From: Isurus oxyrinchus
Lineage: Eukaryota
Assembly (NCBI GenBank): GCA_026770705.1
Contig: JANJGN010000042.1
Location: 3,844,001-3,908,000 of the forward strand
DNA: 64,000 nucleotides
Direction of reading: 5' to 3'
A program made the translations under genes and the position numbers. The notes under the pieces were generated by a model. That model saw only the letters and a program-made list of their open reading frames with translations. It was not told the origin of the DNA and did no database searches. Each line of letters opens with the position of its first letter. The first letter of the stretch is position 1. Positions 11,690 through 25,896 of the stretch are shown here, in pieces.

Positions 11690-14240
11690 AATAAGAGCAC
11701 ATCTATAAAGAAAGAAATACGATTTGACAGCCATTGCAGACATGGCTGCAGGAGGACATGGATTGGGACTTGAATATCAAAGGGCATTTTGGAAGGACAA
11801 GAAGAGAAGAAATGACGGAGGGGTGGCGCTGCTAGTTAGTGATGGCTTAGCAGAATAGAGAGGGATGACCCAAACTCATGAAACCAGGATCTGCAAACGC
11901 TTTGGTTGGAGATAAAAAATGAGAAAGCAAATAATTCACTTGTAGGAGTCGTGTGCCGACCTCCTAATAGTAACCACATGGTAGCATGAAGGAAGAAATA
12001 ATGGGAACTTGTCGGAAAGGCACGACCATAAACTTGGGAGATTTCAAACTACGTATAGACGGGAAAAGTCAGATGGGCAAAGGTAGCTCAGATGTGGAGC
12101 TGATAGAATGCTTCTGGGATCGTTTCTTAGTTTTAGAGCCAACTAGAGAGCAGGCTATACCAGACAAGGTATTGTGCAACGAGATGGGATTAATTAATGA
12201 CCTCATGTTGAAGGTGCCACTCGGTAGTAGTGAACATTGTATGATTGAATTTTACATTCTGTTTGAGGGAGGGAGGAGTGGGTCAGAGACTCTTTTTAAG
12301 GCTAAATGAGGCAATTATGAGGGCATAAAAGCAGAACTGACTAAAGTGAATCGGCAAATTAAGTTAAGGGATAGGATCATAGAGAATTAATGCTAAACAT
12401 TTTAGGGGATATATCAAGATACACAGAATAGATACATTCCAGCGGGTAGAAAATAAGGTCCAGTGGACGACACACCATCTGTGGTTAACTAGAAAGGTGA
12501 ACAAGAGTACCTAACTTAAATAAAGCAAATATATGATTGTGCAATGATAGGTGGAATGCTAAGTAGATTGAGCAGAAGAGAAGGAAGAGCAACAGATGAC
12601 TAAAAGTTTAATAAGGTGGGGAATAAAATAAAATATGACAGAAAGTTAACTACAAATATAAAAACAGGTAGTAAGAGCTTCAATGATTTTTTTATATAAA
12701 GAAACGAGTTATCAAAGTGACTGTTCGCCCCAGAGAAAGTGAGCCAGAAAAATTGTTAATGGAAACCATGGAAATGGCAGATGAATCGAACAGGTACTTT
12801 GCATCAGTCTTTACTAAAGAGGATACAATTGACATTCCAGAGGCAGCTGTAAATCAGGAAATGGAAGGTAGGGAGGTACTCAGGAGAATAACAATCACCA
12901 GAGAAATGATACTGAGTAAATAGTTGGAGCTGCGGGCTGACAACTGCCCGGGTCCTGATGGACACCATCCTGGGGTCTGAAAAGAAGTGGCTAGTGAGAT
13001 AGTTGATGCATTAGTTTATTGTTTTTTTAAGCTCAGTAGATTCAGGGAAGGTCCCTTTATTTTGGGATAGAAAAATGAAGGAGACAGAAAGCGAGAAACT
13101 GCAGGCCAGTTAGCTTGACAATTGTTCTAGGGAAAATGTTAGAAGCTACTGTGAAAAAAGCTGTAGCAGATAACTTTAGTAAGTTGAAGTTTGTCAGGGA
13201 GAGCCAGCATGATTTTGAGGAAGTAACAAGGGCTGTGGATAAATGGGAACCGATGTATATACTGCAGTAAGGTTGGCAGAAGACATTGGATAAATTGCCA
13301 CATCAATGTTTATTGCGGAAAATAAAAGCCTATGATATATGGGGTAACATATTAGCATGGATAGATGATTGGCTGGCTAACAGGAAGCAGAGAGCAGGCA
13401 TAGTGGCATTTTTCAGGTTGGCCAGGTGTAACGAATGGTGTGCCACAGGACTCAGTGTTAGGACCTCAATCGTTTACAATTTATATAAATGAATTGCATG
13501 AAGAGATGGAAGGGATGGTTGCCAAATGTGTTGATGAAACATAGATAGGTAGGAAACTAAGTTGTGAAGAGGACGTAATGAGGGTACAAAAAGACATAGA
13601 TAGGTAAAGTGAGTGGACAAAGGTCTGGCTAATGGAATATAATATTGGAAATTTGAAATTGGCCATTTTGGCAGAAAGAATAAAATAGAAGCATTTTATC
13701 TAAATGGTGAGAGAGTGCAGAGCTCTGAGATTCAGTGATCTGGATGTCCACATGTGTGAATCACAAAAGGCTAGTATACAGGTACAGCAAGTAATTAGTA
13801 AATAGAAAGTGATCATTTATTCAAGGGGAATTGACTTAAATAATAGGGATATTATGCTACGGTTACACAAAGCACTAGTCAGACCACATCTGGTGTACTG
13901 TGTGCCGTTTTGGTCACCTTATTTAAGGTAGGATATTAATGCATTAGAATCGGTTCAGAGAAAGTTTACCAGATTCATACCTGGAATGTGCAGATCATTT
14001 TATGAGGAAAGATTAGACAGGCTAGGCTGGAATTTAGAAGAGTTACAGGTGACTTGGTTGAAACATGTAAGATCCTGGGGGTCATTGACAGTGAGGGTGT
14101 GCAGAGGATGTTTCTTCTTATGGGAGAAACTGGAACTAGTGGTCACTGTTTAAAAATAAGGGGCTACTCATTTAAACAGTAGATGAGACGATTTTTCTTG
14201 ATCTCTGTGGGTTGTGAGCCTTTGGAACTCTCTTCCTGAA
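11690..14240 (+). mobile_element. Long degraded CR1 LINE ORF2 (endonuclease, RT, C-terminus)
   Basis: ORF pieces LGDFKLRID, PLGSSEHCMIEF, NRYFASVFTKED and DKLPHQCLLRKIKAYDIWGNILAWIDDWLANRKQR, with numerous stops. Confidence 0.92.
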
Positions 14241-14481
14241 AATATTGCTTCATAAATTTTACTTGATCCATAAATACCACTTATTGGGAAATTTTTAGGT
14301 CAGGCACAATTGAATACTCCATTAATATAAATCAAGAATTCGGAACGTAGATATGTTAACTAAAATGTTTTTATATCTCAAAATCTCCTAAGCTTTACAG
14401 GCCTCCTTCTGTGCTGCAAGCATTCCGTGATTCAATGATTTATATCACAAGCATTAACTGAAATTAGATTTACACGGCATT

Positions 14482-14515
14482 GACTATAGCAGCCTTTGTC
14501 CAGCAGATGGCAATG
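14482..14515 (+). promoter_or_regulatory. Candidate CTCF site, forward
   Basis: Core TGTCCAGCAGATGGCAATG (14497-14515); flanks homologous to 9841-9910. Confidence 0.55.
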
Positions 14516-14539
14516 AAGCCGAGATTGCTTTACATTAAA

Positions 14540-15310
14540 CAGACATTGTCTCAATTATTACCGCAATGGGCTTTATCTCTGTTCACATTAAACTAGACTC
14601 CTTCTCTGATCATATCACAGGGTCATATTTCTGATGATTTTACAGCAGGTCATGTCTATTTGTTTCCTTACTCAGCTCAATCTCTGTTGTTGATGTACCT
14701 GATCCGGGCCCTCTTTGTATTATATCAAACCTTCTCTCAGTTATGACTGCACTGAATCATCTCTCAGCTAACATGACATTAGGTCATGTCTCAGTTATTA
14801 CTGAACTAGGCCCTGTCTCTTTCAATACTAAACCAGAACATGCTCATGTTTGCATCACACGAGGCAGTGTCTCAGTTTTTACTCTGCCACGTTTACACTA
14901 AACTTGACAATTTCACAGTTAATGCTGTGCATATCAATTTCTCTGTTTATATCACACAATGTCCTTTTTCTGTTACTATTGTACTATACCATGTCTCTCT
15001 CAATGCCGCACTTGTCCAGGTTTCTATTGCTATTAATCTAGGTACTTGGCTAAGAGTGATCGCACTAGGCCTTATTTTAATTTTTATTACACAAGATCCT
15101 TTATCAAGTAAAACTGCACTAGACTCTGTGACAGCTTCCTTACACTAGATCCTGTCTCCTTTATTACTTCGTCAGTCCATGTCTCTGTTCAAATTACACA
15201 CGCTACGGTCCCATCTGTTGCTGAACCTAGCACTACCTCACTTTATAATCCACGAGATCACATTTCTGTCCACGTCACACTAGATCGTTTCTCTGTTCAG
15301 AGTTCTATCC
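14540..15310 (-). repeat. Degenerate 27/54-bp satellite block, reverse orientation
   Basis: Units such as ctaggccctgtctct and gtctcagttattactg. Confidence 0.75.
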
Positions 15311-15599
15311 AGTGACATTCACTTGGAGATTATAAATAAAATGTTGAAAGATTGCTGACAATTATCAGTGCAGGCACTTTCAGACGGCAGGATTAGCCTC
15401 CAGGTAAACTCTGTCATTATCACATTTTATTTGGGCCCAATAAAAAACAGGGGTAGGCACCGAAATGATACTGCAACAAGAAGATACATAAATACAGAAA
15501 ATTAAACTGTAAGAAAGCCGGAAAATGATTGAAAAAGGCCTTAAACTCATCGTGCCTGTGTCGGCTCTTTTAAAGATCTGTCCAATGAGTTACATTCCC

Positions 15600-16750
15600 A
15601 AATGGTCAGGGAAGTGAGATCTCAGGGGATACAGGGGAAGGTGGCAAGTTGGATCCAAATTTGTCTCACGACAGGAAACAAAGTGCAATGGTCAATGGGT
15701 GTTTCTGCGAGAGGAAAACGGTTCCCAGAGCTTTTCCACAACGCTCAGTGCTGGGCCCTTGCTGTTTATTATATATATAAATAACTTAGACTTATACATG
15801 GGAGGCATGATTGGGAAATTTGCAGCTGACGCAAAAATTGGCCGTCTAGTTGATAGTGGAGTGTATAGCTGTCGACTCCAAAATTACATCAATGGTTTGG
15901 TTGAGTAGGCGAAGTGGCAAATGGAATTCAATCTAGAAAAGTGTGAGCTAATGCATTTGAGAGGGGGAGGGGACAATGCAAAGGAATTCTTAATAAAGAG
16001 GAAGATATTGAGTTTTTGAGGAAGTGCGAAAACTTTGGGTGGTTGTTCACAGCTGCCCAAAAGCTGGCGGGACAGGTGGACAAGGTGGTTAAGAAAACAT
16101 ATGCAATGTTTTCCTTTATTGGGCGAGGTATTGAACAGAAAAGCAAGGATATAATAATGGAACTGTGTAAAACGCTGGTTAAGCTACAGCTGGAGCTTTG
16201 CGTACAATCCTGGTCACCGCATTACAGGAAAACATAATCGCTCGCAGAGAGCTTAGAGGAGATTTACAAGAGTGTTGCCAGGGCTTGAAAATAGCAGCTA
16301 TGAGGAGAGATTATATAGGCTAGGGCTGTTTTCCTTAGAACAGAGAAGGCTAAGGAGTGACCTAATTCAGGTGTACAAAATTACGAGGGGCCTAGATAGG
16401 GCAGACAGAAAAGAGTTGTCCCTCGTCACTGAGCCGTCAGTTATCAGGGGGAACAGAGTCAAGGTGATTGGTAGAAAGATTAGAGGGGACATGAGGAAAA
16501 ACATTTTCACCAAGATGGTGGTGGACATCTGGAATTCACTGCATAAGTTGGTGGTTGAAGTAGAAACGGTCAACCCATTTAAAAGGCACCTGGATCTTCA
16601 ACTGAACTCCTGTAACCTGCAAGGCTATGGACCAGGTGCTGGGAAGTGGGGTTAAAATGAGCGGTGAGTTTCTTTTATTTTATTATCATTTATTTCACAA
16701 TGGGCTGAATGGCCTCTTTCTGCATCATAACTTTTCTAGGGTTCCATGTT
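15600..16750 (+). mobile_element. CR1 LINE 3' half
   Basis: GPLLFIIYINNLD...KFAADAKIG; LELCVQSWSPHYRK; LENSSYEERLYRLGLFSLEQRRLRSDLIQVYKI. Confidence 0.92.
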
Positions 16751-17299
16751 TCTCTTATCCGGCAGTTTTTAAGCTCTAAAGTATGTATCCTCTTTCCAAA
16801 GTTGAATTCGCTTCTGCTATCATTTCAGGTTGTTCATTCCAGCTCATGACAACTCACCGTGTTAAAAAATTCAGTTCTAATCTCACCATCCAGTTGAATT
16901 AATCTGAATCTGTCATCTCTGATCACTGATTATTGTGCCTGTTGAAACGGGCTCTCTTTATTTACTCCATCAAACCTTTAGTGATTTTGAACATGTGTAT
17001 GAAAGAGATGTAGAGATGGAGAGAGATGCCAGAACTGACACAGAGCATAAAACTGAGGGAGGTTAAAGAGAAATAAGGAAGAGGTGGCGTGAGAGGTAAA
17101 TTGAGAAATAAAGCCAACAAGCAACACAGAGCAAATGTCACAAAATATAAGGGAGCAAGCGGTCATTTCCCAGCTTTAGAGAACAGGGGAAGTTCAGTGA
17201 ATGATCCACAGACACATCCAGTTATGTTCTGGAATGGCAACTCGAAATAGAAATAGATCACAGCAGCCCCATTTGTAAATCTCACCGCAATGTGATCTG

Positions 17300-17510
17300 T
17301 GTGATGCTGCACTGACTCTGTGGCCAGATATAGGCCGCCTTCACAGATGTTTCCACCAGATTGTGGCCCCTAGATTTATTTACTGCTCAGAAGTGAGATG
17401 TGTGGTTAGGAACCAGCAGCAGAGAAACAGGAAGTGGTGTTACCTGAGAATGAAACAGCAGCTGTAAGTTTGATGTTATCACCATGAACAGTCTTCCTGC
17501 CTGTGAGGGT
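17300..17510. promoter_or_regulatory. Candidate lymphoid-type enhancer (RUNX, ETS, E-box cluster)
   Basis: CAGATG 17344-49, TGTGGTT 17401-07, ACAGGAAGTG 17427-36 and CAGCTG 17459-64 in non-repetitive DNA. Confidence 0.35.
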
Positions 17511-17874
17511 GAACTCACTCTGACAGCATCAAGAAGCCCAGCATAGATTGTTCCTAGTTTTTACATTGCATTCACCTCCATTCCCATATAAAAAACAAAA
17601 CATATGAGTTTCTATTGGTTGTAGCATGTTTATTGAAGGTGGAGGTGGATTAAGGATTATCACTGGGAGAAAAAAAAAATTAAAAATCCTTCACGGATGA
17701 CTCTTTGGGTAAAGAATGTTTTAAATGAATCATGTGTTGTCTGGTAAAGGGACAAGAGAGTTAAATGGCCTCTGTGTAAGAGCGGGGTTAAATAATTTAT
17801 GTTGTGTCTGAGACAGTTTAAGTGATTAAGTTGCTGTTTTGGAAAGAAAAGAGGACAAGATGGGCTGAGCTGTT

Positions 17875-17945
17875 GAGAGAGAGAGAGAGAGACAGAGAGA
17901 GAGATAAGAGATTAAATGTGTTTAATGAAGCTTGCCTATCCATCC

Positions 17946-18009
<64 letters not shown>

Positions 18010-18012
18010 GTC
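17875..18012. repeat. (GA)n and (TCTA)n microsatellites
   Basis: Directly visible. Confidence 0.95.
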
Positions 18013-18089
18013 TATGAGATGGTGTTTAGTGTAGTCTTAAATGAGCTGTGGCCTTGTGTGTTGTAAACATAAACAGTGTTTGGATCAGT

Positions 18090-18890
18090 CTAACTGAGGA
18101 ACATCCTTGTGTAATTTAAAAGCACTCCGGCTTGAAGGTGATAACTCAGACTAACCTAATTTAATAGAAATAGAGATATGGACTATTTTAATATTAGATG
18201 AAGTAGGTTCGGCTGTAACAGTAACAGTGACATTGTCTAAAGCAGAAAAACTGAGGCTGAATCCACTGCAGCCATTACATATAAAGTAACTGGAGGAAAA
18301 TAATTTCATTCAGTGCCTAGGGGCAGTGATTTATGATACAGGGTTTGATCAATATAAACAGAGACACGGTCAAGTGCACTGGCTGATGATACAGGGTTTG
18401 ATCAGTAACAACTGAGGCAGGGACTAGTGCAGTGATTGACAATACAGGGCCTAGATTAATATCAATTGAAACAGGACCTAGTGAAGGAATTACTTATTAA
18501 GCTCCTTGATGAATATAAACTGAGATGAGGTCTAGTAGCAGTGATTAGTGTAACAGGGTCTAGATTTAAATGAATTGAGGCATGGTAAAGTGCAGTGATT
18601 ACTGATACAAGACCTAGATTGATATAAACTGGGACAGTGCCTAGTGCAGCGATGACTGTTACTGTGCAGAGATTAATGTAAACTGAGACAATGCCTAGTG
18701 AATGAATTACTGATTAAGAGCCTTGGTGAATATAAAGTGGGGCAGGGGCAAGTGCAGTGATTACTGATGTAAGGCCTAGGTTGATATAAAGTGAGGGAGG
18801 GTCAAGTTCTGTGAATACTGATACTGGACCTGGGTTAAAATGAACAGAACAGAATCTAGTGCCGCCATTACCGATACATGACCTGACATA
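18090..18890 (+). repeat. Diverged left flank of the 54-bp satellite
   Basis: gtgcagtgattactgatac / atataaactgagac units. Confidence 0.8.
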
Positions 18891-20735
18891 GGTGTACAAC
18901 CTCATATCCCTCACATGGGAAGGGGACTGCATGCTGAAGGAGCTCAGGAATGCTCTGATTATGAGTCTACTCAAGAAGGGAGACAAGTCTGACTGCAGTA
19001 ACTCAAAAGAATCCCCTTTGCTGTCTTCCAGTGGGAAGATTATTGCAAGCATCCTCCTTAGTCACACAGTTACCATGACCACAGAGCTCTTTACAGAGAC
19101 GCAGTGACATTTTCTCCCATCGAGAGGCACCATGGTGTTCACTGTGTGACAAATCAATGAGAGATGCCACGAGCAGCAGCAACAGCTGCACACGGCCTTG
19201 CTCCACATCACAAATGCCTTTTCCTCTGCCGACGATTAAGACATATGGAGTATCCCCTCAAATTTGGTGCCGTCAGAAATTTTCCACCATCCTCCATCTG
19301 TTCCACAAGGGATTGCAAGCCCTGATCCTCACCAGCGGAACCAGCACGGATCCTACCTCAGTGAAAACTGGGGTCAGACAGGCTTGTGTCACTGCACCAA
19401 CCCTCTCCTCATTGGTTTTTCTATGTAATAGTTCACCTCACCTCCAGAAGATTACCCACAGGTTGGAGATAATCTAGCGAACAGACAGGAAACTGTTGAT
19501 CCTACACCACCTTCAATCCAAAACCAAAATCTCCCAGCATCATTCATTGAGCTTCAGTAATCTTGTGGTTCTTGTGTGCACCCTAACTGAAAACTGAGCT
19601 CCAGTTTATTGTTGACAACTTCTTTGAAGGATATGAAAAAATTGCCTTTCCATTAAACACCCAGAAAGATAAGACTCACTTCCAAACAACCCCCAGACCA
19701 CAAAACCTCCCCCATTGGCAAGATCCTGAAAATGTGGATCTTCTTCAGTACCTTCGGAGACTCCTCTCTAGGAAGGCAGAAATAGGCAACAAAGCTCATC
19801 ATCGAGTCTAATGCAGAGGGCCAGCCTTTGGCCGACAGACGATCACGGTATTTGAGGATTAGAATTCCAAACCCAAGTCTCTGGCCATGGTATACTGGGC
19901 AGCAGTGATCTCCAAGCACCTAAATGCTTCTGAGCCTTGGACAACGTCGAGTAGGCACCTCTAAGTTCTGAAGAATTAATACCAGCAGTGCCATTAGAAG
20001 GTTCTACAAACCCAGTGTGAGGAAAGGCAGTCAGACAGCAGTGTCCTCTCTCAAACCAACATGCCCAACAGAGAGACCCTCATCACTCAATAGCGACTCT
20101 GCTGGGTGGAACATATGGTTCGTATGCTGAACACAAAACTCCCAAAGTCATTAATCCACTTGGAACTCTGTCTCGGCAGGAGGCAAATAGAGTGCTTGAG
20201 GGATGTGCTCAAAGCATCCCAGAAATGTTCGAACATATCTGCCAGTTCATGGGGGTCCCTAGTTTGTGGCTGACCAAAATCAAAGAAGCTTACTGAGGAA
20301 GGCTGATGTCCACTAATATCCTTCAGGGGAGTCACGCCAGGGTCACTCAGCTCCTGATCCCATTACAGCCTTGGTCTAAACATGGACAAATGAGCTAAAA
20401 TCTAAAGTTGAGGTGAAAGTAACAGCCTTTGATATGAAGGCAGCATCTGTCAGAATGTGGCATCAAGGAGCAAAACTGGAGTCAATGGGAATCAGGGGGG
20501 AAACTCTCTGTTGGTCAGTGTCATCTGTAACACAGACGAAGCTGGTTGTGGTTGTTGGAGAATTAATCATCTCAGTTCCAGAACATCACTGCAGTTGTTA
20601 ATTAGAGTAATGCCCTAGGTCCAACCATCTTTCGCAGAGTCTGCAGATGGCGCATTGGGCCTAACAGCCAAATCAGAACATATCGAAGTGGCATGGCAGC
20701 ATGTCATCCTCGATCCTGAGGGAATGCCTAAGAAG
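18890..20735 (+). mobile_element. Degraded RTE-clade LINE, 5' truncated, interrupted by a family-A fragment at ~20340-20630
   Basis: ELRNALIMSLLKKGDKSDCSN, GKIIASILL and VKTGVRQACVTAPTL; ends gggaatgcctaagaagaag (AAG-type tail). Confidence 0.8.
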
Positions 20736-23700
20736 AAGGAGACAGTCTCTAGATGAATTTAAACCGAGACAGAACATAGTGCAGTGATTACTGATTCAGG
20801 TTCTAGATTAATCTGTACGTCTATTACAGAAACAGGGGTGAGATTGGTATTGACTAAAATAGAGTCTAGTGCAGTAATAACTTAACAGACCCTAAGTATT
20901 ATAAGTGGAGTAGGGGCATTGTGCAGTAATTATAGATACAGTACCTCGATTACTATAAACTGAGACAGGACCTATTACAGTGAATGCTGATACAGGGCTT
21001 AGAATATAACAACCTGAGACAGCATCTACTACAGTGATTACAGACACAGGGCCTAGATTTATATAAACTGAGACAGAGTTTGTTAGCGTAATTTCTGATA
21101 CAGTGCCTCGGTTAATATAAGCTCAGACAGGGCCTATTCCATTGATTACTAATACAGGGCCGAGATTAATTTAAGCTACGACTGGATCTATTACAGAGAG
21201 TACTGATGCAAGGTAAAGATTCATATAAACTGAGGCAGGGTCTATTACAGTGATTCCTGATACAGGGTCTATATTCATATAAATTGAGACAGGGTCAATC
21301 ACAATGCTTATTGATACAGGCTCTAAATTAATATTGGCTGTGGGCAGGGTTTATTACAGTAATTACCAATACAATGTCTGTATTAATATAAAAAGAGACG
21401 TGGTCTATCACAGTGATTACTGATACAAGGTCTGTATTAATATAAAGTCTACTACACTGATTATTGATACAAGGTATGGATTGATATCAGCTGAGGCTGT
21501 GCTTATCATGGTGACTACTCACACAAGTTTTGGATTAACATCTATTACAGTTGTCACTGATGCATTGTCTGCGTTAGTATAAGCCGAGACGGGGTCTGTC
21601 ACAGTTATTAATGATCAATGGTCTAGATTAATATGAACTTAGACAAGGTATATTACAGTGATTAGTGATACAAATTATGTATTAATACAAACTGAGAAAG
21701 GATCTATTACAATGATTACTGATACAAGTATGGATTCATATCAACTAATACAGGGCCGATTACAGTGATTACTGAAACAAGGTCTGGATTAATATAAACA
21801 GAGACAAGATCTATTAAAGTGATTACTGATATATGGTATGGATTAGAATAACGTGACAGGGCCTGTTGCAATGATTTCTAATACCGGGTCTAGATTAATA
21901 TAAACAGAGACAGGGTCTATTACAGTGATTACCAATACAAGATATGGATTGATATAAACTAAATCAGGGTCAGCTTCAGTGATTACTGATGCAAGGTATG
22001 GATTAATAGCAAATGAGACAGGGTCTGTAACAGGGATTACTGTTACACTATATGGACTGATGTAAACTGAGACAGGGTCTTTTACAATGATTACTGAGAC
22101 AATGTCTGCATTAATATAAACTGAGACAGGGACTATTACAGTGATTTATGATACAAGTATGAATTAATTTCAACAGAGTCAGGGTCATTACAGTGAATAA
22201 TGATACAGGGTCTAGATGAATATAAACTGACACAGGGCCTCTTACACTGATTACTGATGCAAGGTATGGATTAACAAAAATATCAGACAGAGTTTATTAC
22301 AGCGATTATTGATGCATTGTTTGGATTAAAATAATTGGAGACAGAGATATTACAGTAACTATCAGTACAATGTCTTTATTAATATTTACTGGGACAGGGT
22401 CTATTACAGTGATTACTGAAGCAAGGCCTGGATTAATATAAAATGAGACAGGGTCTATTACAGTGATTACTGATACAAGGCCTGGATTAATATAAAATGA
22501 GACAGGGTCTATTACAGTGATTACTGAAGCAAGGTATGAATTAATCACAACTGAGTCAGGGTCCATTACAGTGATTAATGATACAGGGTTTGGCTGAATA
22601 TAAACTGAGGCAGGGACTATTACAGCGATTAGCAATGCAATGTATGGATTAATATCAACTGAGTCAGGGTCCATTACAGTGATTACTGATATGGCGTCTA
22701 GATCAATATAAACTGAGGAAGGGATTATTACAGTGATTACCGGTGCAAGGTATGGATTAATATAAACTGAGTCATGGTATGTTACAGTGATTACTGATAC
22801 AAGGAATGGATTCATAGCAACTGAGACAAGCTCAATTACAGTGATGACTGATGCAATGTCTGGGTTAATATAAAATTGGACAGGGTATATTCGAGTGATT
22901 ACTGATACATGGTATCGATTAAAATTAACTGAGACAGGGTCTGTTACATTTATCAATGATAATTGGTCCAAATGATTATAAACTGAGACAGGGTCTCTTC
23001 CAGTGATTACTGATGCAAGGTATGGATTAATAAAAAAATGAGACAGGGTTTATTACAGCGATTATTGATGCATTGCATGGATTAAAAGAAACTGAGACAG
23101 AGTATACTACAGTAATTACCAATACTTATTAATATTAACTGAGACAGGATCTATTACAGTGATTACTGATACAAGGCCTGGATTAATATAAAATGAGACA
23201 GAGTCTATTACTGTTATTACCGATGCAAGGTATGGATTAATCATAAATGAGTCAGGGTCCAATACAGTGATTACTGATACAAGGTCCAGATGAATATAAA
23301 CTGAGGCAGGGACTATAACAGCGATTAGCAATGCAATGTATGGATTAACATAAACTAAGACAGGGTCTCTAACAGTGGTTACTGAAACAAGGTCTGTATT
23401 AATATAAACTAAGACAGAGTCTATTACTGTGATTAATGATACAAGGTATGGATTAATATCAACTGAGTCAGGGTCCATTACAGTGATTACTGATATGGGG
23501 TCTAGATCAATATAAACTGAGGAAGGGATTATTACAGTGATTACCGGTGCATGGTATGGATTAATATAAACTGAGTCATGGCATGTTACAGTGATTACAG
23601 ATACAAGGAATTGATACATGACAACTGAGACAAGCTCGATTACAGTGATCACTGATGCAATGACTGGGTTAATATAAACTTGGACAGGGTATATTCGAGT

Positions 23701-25896
23701 GATTACTGATACATGGTACCGATTAAAATTAACTGAGACAGGGTCTGTTACATTTATCAAGATTAATATAAACTGAGAGAAGGCCTAATACAGTGATTAC
23801 CGATGCAAGGCATGGATTAATATCAACTGAGATCGGTTCTATTACAGTGATTACTAATACAGGGTCTAGATTAATATAAACTGAAACAGGGTCTATTACA
23901 ACGATTATTCAAACAGGGTCTAGATTAATATAAACTGAGTCAGCATCTATTAGACTAATTACTAATTCACAGTCGGTATCAATATGAACTGAGACAGGGT
24001 CTATTACAGTGATTACTGATACAGGGTCTAGATTAATATAAATGGAGACAGTGTCAATCAGAATGATTATTGATATAGGATCTACATTAATATGGACTCA
24101 GGACAGCATCTATTTCAGTGAGTAATGATACAACTTATTGATTAATATAAACTGAGACAGGTACTATTACAGTAATTACCAAAGCAATGTCCGTATTTAT
24201 ATGAACTAAGGCAGGGTCTATTACACTGATTACTGATACAAGGCCTGCATTACTATAAATGGAGACATAGTCTATTGCATTGATTACTGATAAAAGTCTT
24301 GGATTAACATAAACTGGAACAGGTTCTATTACATTAATTACCAATACAATGTCTCTATTAATATAATCTGAGACAGGGTCTATTACAGTGTTTACACTGA
24401 TCCAAGATATGGATTCATATCAACTGAGATAGAGGCTATTACAGTGATTCCTGATACAGGGTCTGTATTAATATAAAATGAGACAAGGCCTACTACAGTG
24501 ATTACTGTTATATGGTATGAATTGAAATAAACTGAGACAGGGTCTCTTACAATGCTTACAGATACAGAGTCTGGATTAATTAAAACAGAGGCAGGCTCTA
24601 TTACAGTGGTTGCCAAGAGAAGGCTTTGATGGATCTAAACTGAGTCAGGGCCTACTTCAGTGATTACTGATACAAGATATCAATTAATTTCAACTGAGAC
24701 AGGGTCTGTTGCAATGATTAATGTTGCAATGCATGGATTGATTTAAACCGGACAGGGTCTTTTACAGTGATTAGTGAGACAAGTTCAGTGTTAATATAAA
24801 CTGAGACAGGATCTCTTTCAGTGGTTACTGATCCAAGGTATGGATTAAAATAAACTGGGACAGTATCTGTTACAGTTATTACTGATACATGGACTAGATT
24901 CAGGTAAATAGAGACCATGTCTCTTTCAGTGATTAATAATACAAGGTCTGGATTGATATAAATTGAGACAGAGTCTATTCCCGTCATTATCGAGACTAGA
25001 TCTGTGCTAATATAGATTTAGTCAGCATCTACTTCAGTGATTATTGATACAAGGTATTGATTAATATCACTGAGACAGGGTCTGTTACAGTGGTTATTGT
25101 TAAAATATTTGGATTGATATAAACTGAAATAAGGTCTTTTACTGTCATTAATGATACAAGGCCTGTATTAATATAAAATGAAACATGGTCCATTACAGTG
25201 ATTACTGATACAAGGTATGGATTAAAATAAAGTGAGACAAGGTCTGTTAGATTTATTATTGATACATGGTATGGATTATAAGAAACTGAGACAGGGTCTA
25301 TTACAGTGATCACCAATACAAGACCTGGATTGAAATAAACTGAGATAGGGTCTATTCCAGCCATTACCGAGACAAGGTCAGTATTGATATAAACTGAGTC
25401 GGGGTCTACTTCAGTGATCACTGATTCAAGGTATTAATTAATAACAACACAGACAGGGTCTGTTCTAGCGATTACTATAACAATGTATGGATTGATATAA
25501 ACTGAGTCAGGGTCTTTTACACTGATTACTGAGACAAGGTCTGTGCTAATGTAAAGTGAGACAGGGTTTGCTGATACAAGGTATGGATTAATTTGAACTG
25601 AGGCAGGGCCTATTACAGTGATCATTAATACAGGGTATCAATTTACATAAACTGAGGCAGGGTTTATTACAGTGACTACTGATACAAGTTATTGTTTCAT
25701 ATCAACTAAGACAGGGTCTATTGCAGTGATTACTAATGCAGGGTATGGGGAAAATATGTACTGAGACAGAGTCAATTACAATGATAACTGATACATGGTG
25801 TGAATTAAGATTAGCAGAGACATGATCTATTACAGTGATTACCAACCCAAGGCCTGTATTGATATAAACTGAGCCACAGTCTACTTCAGTGGTCAC

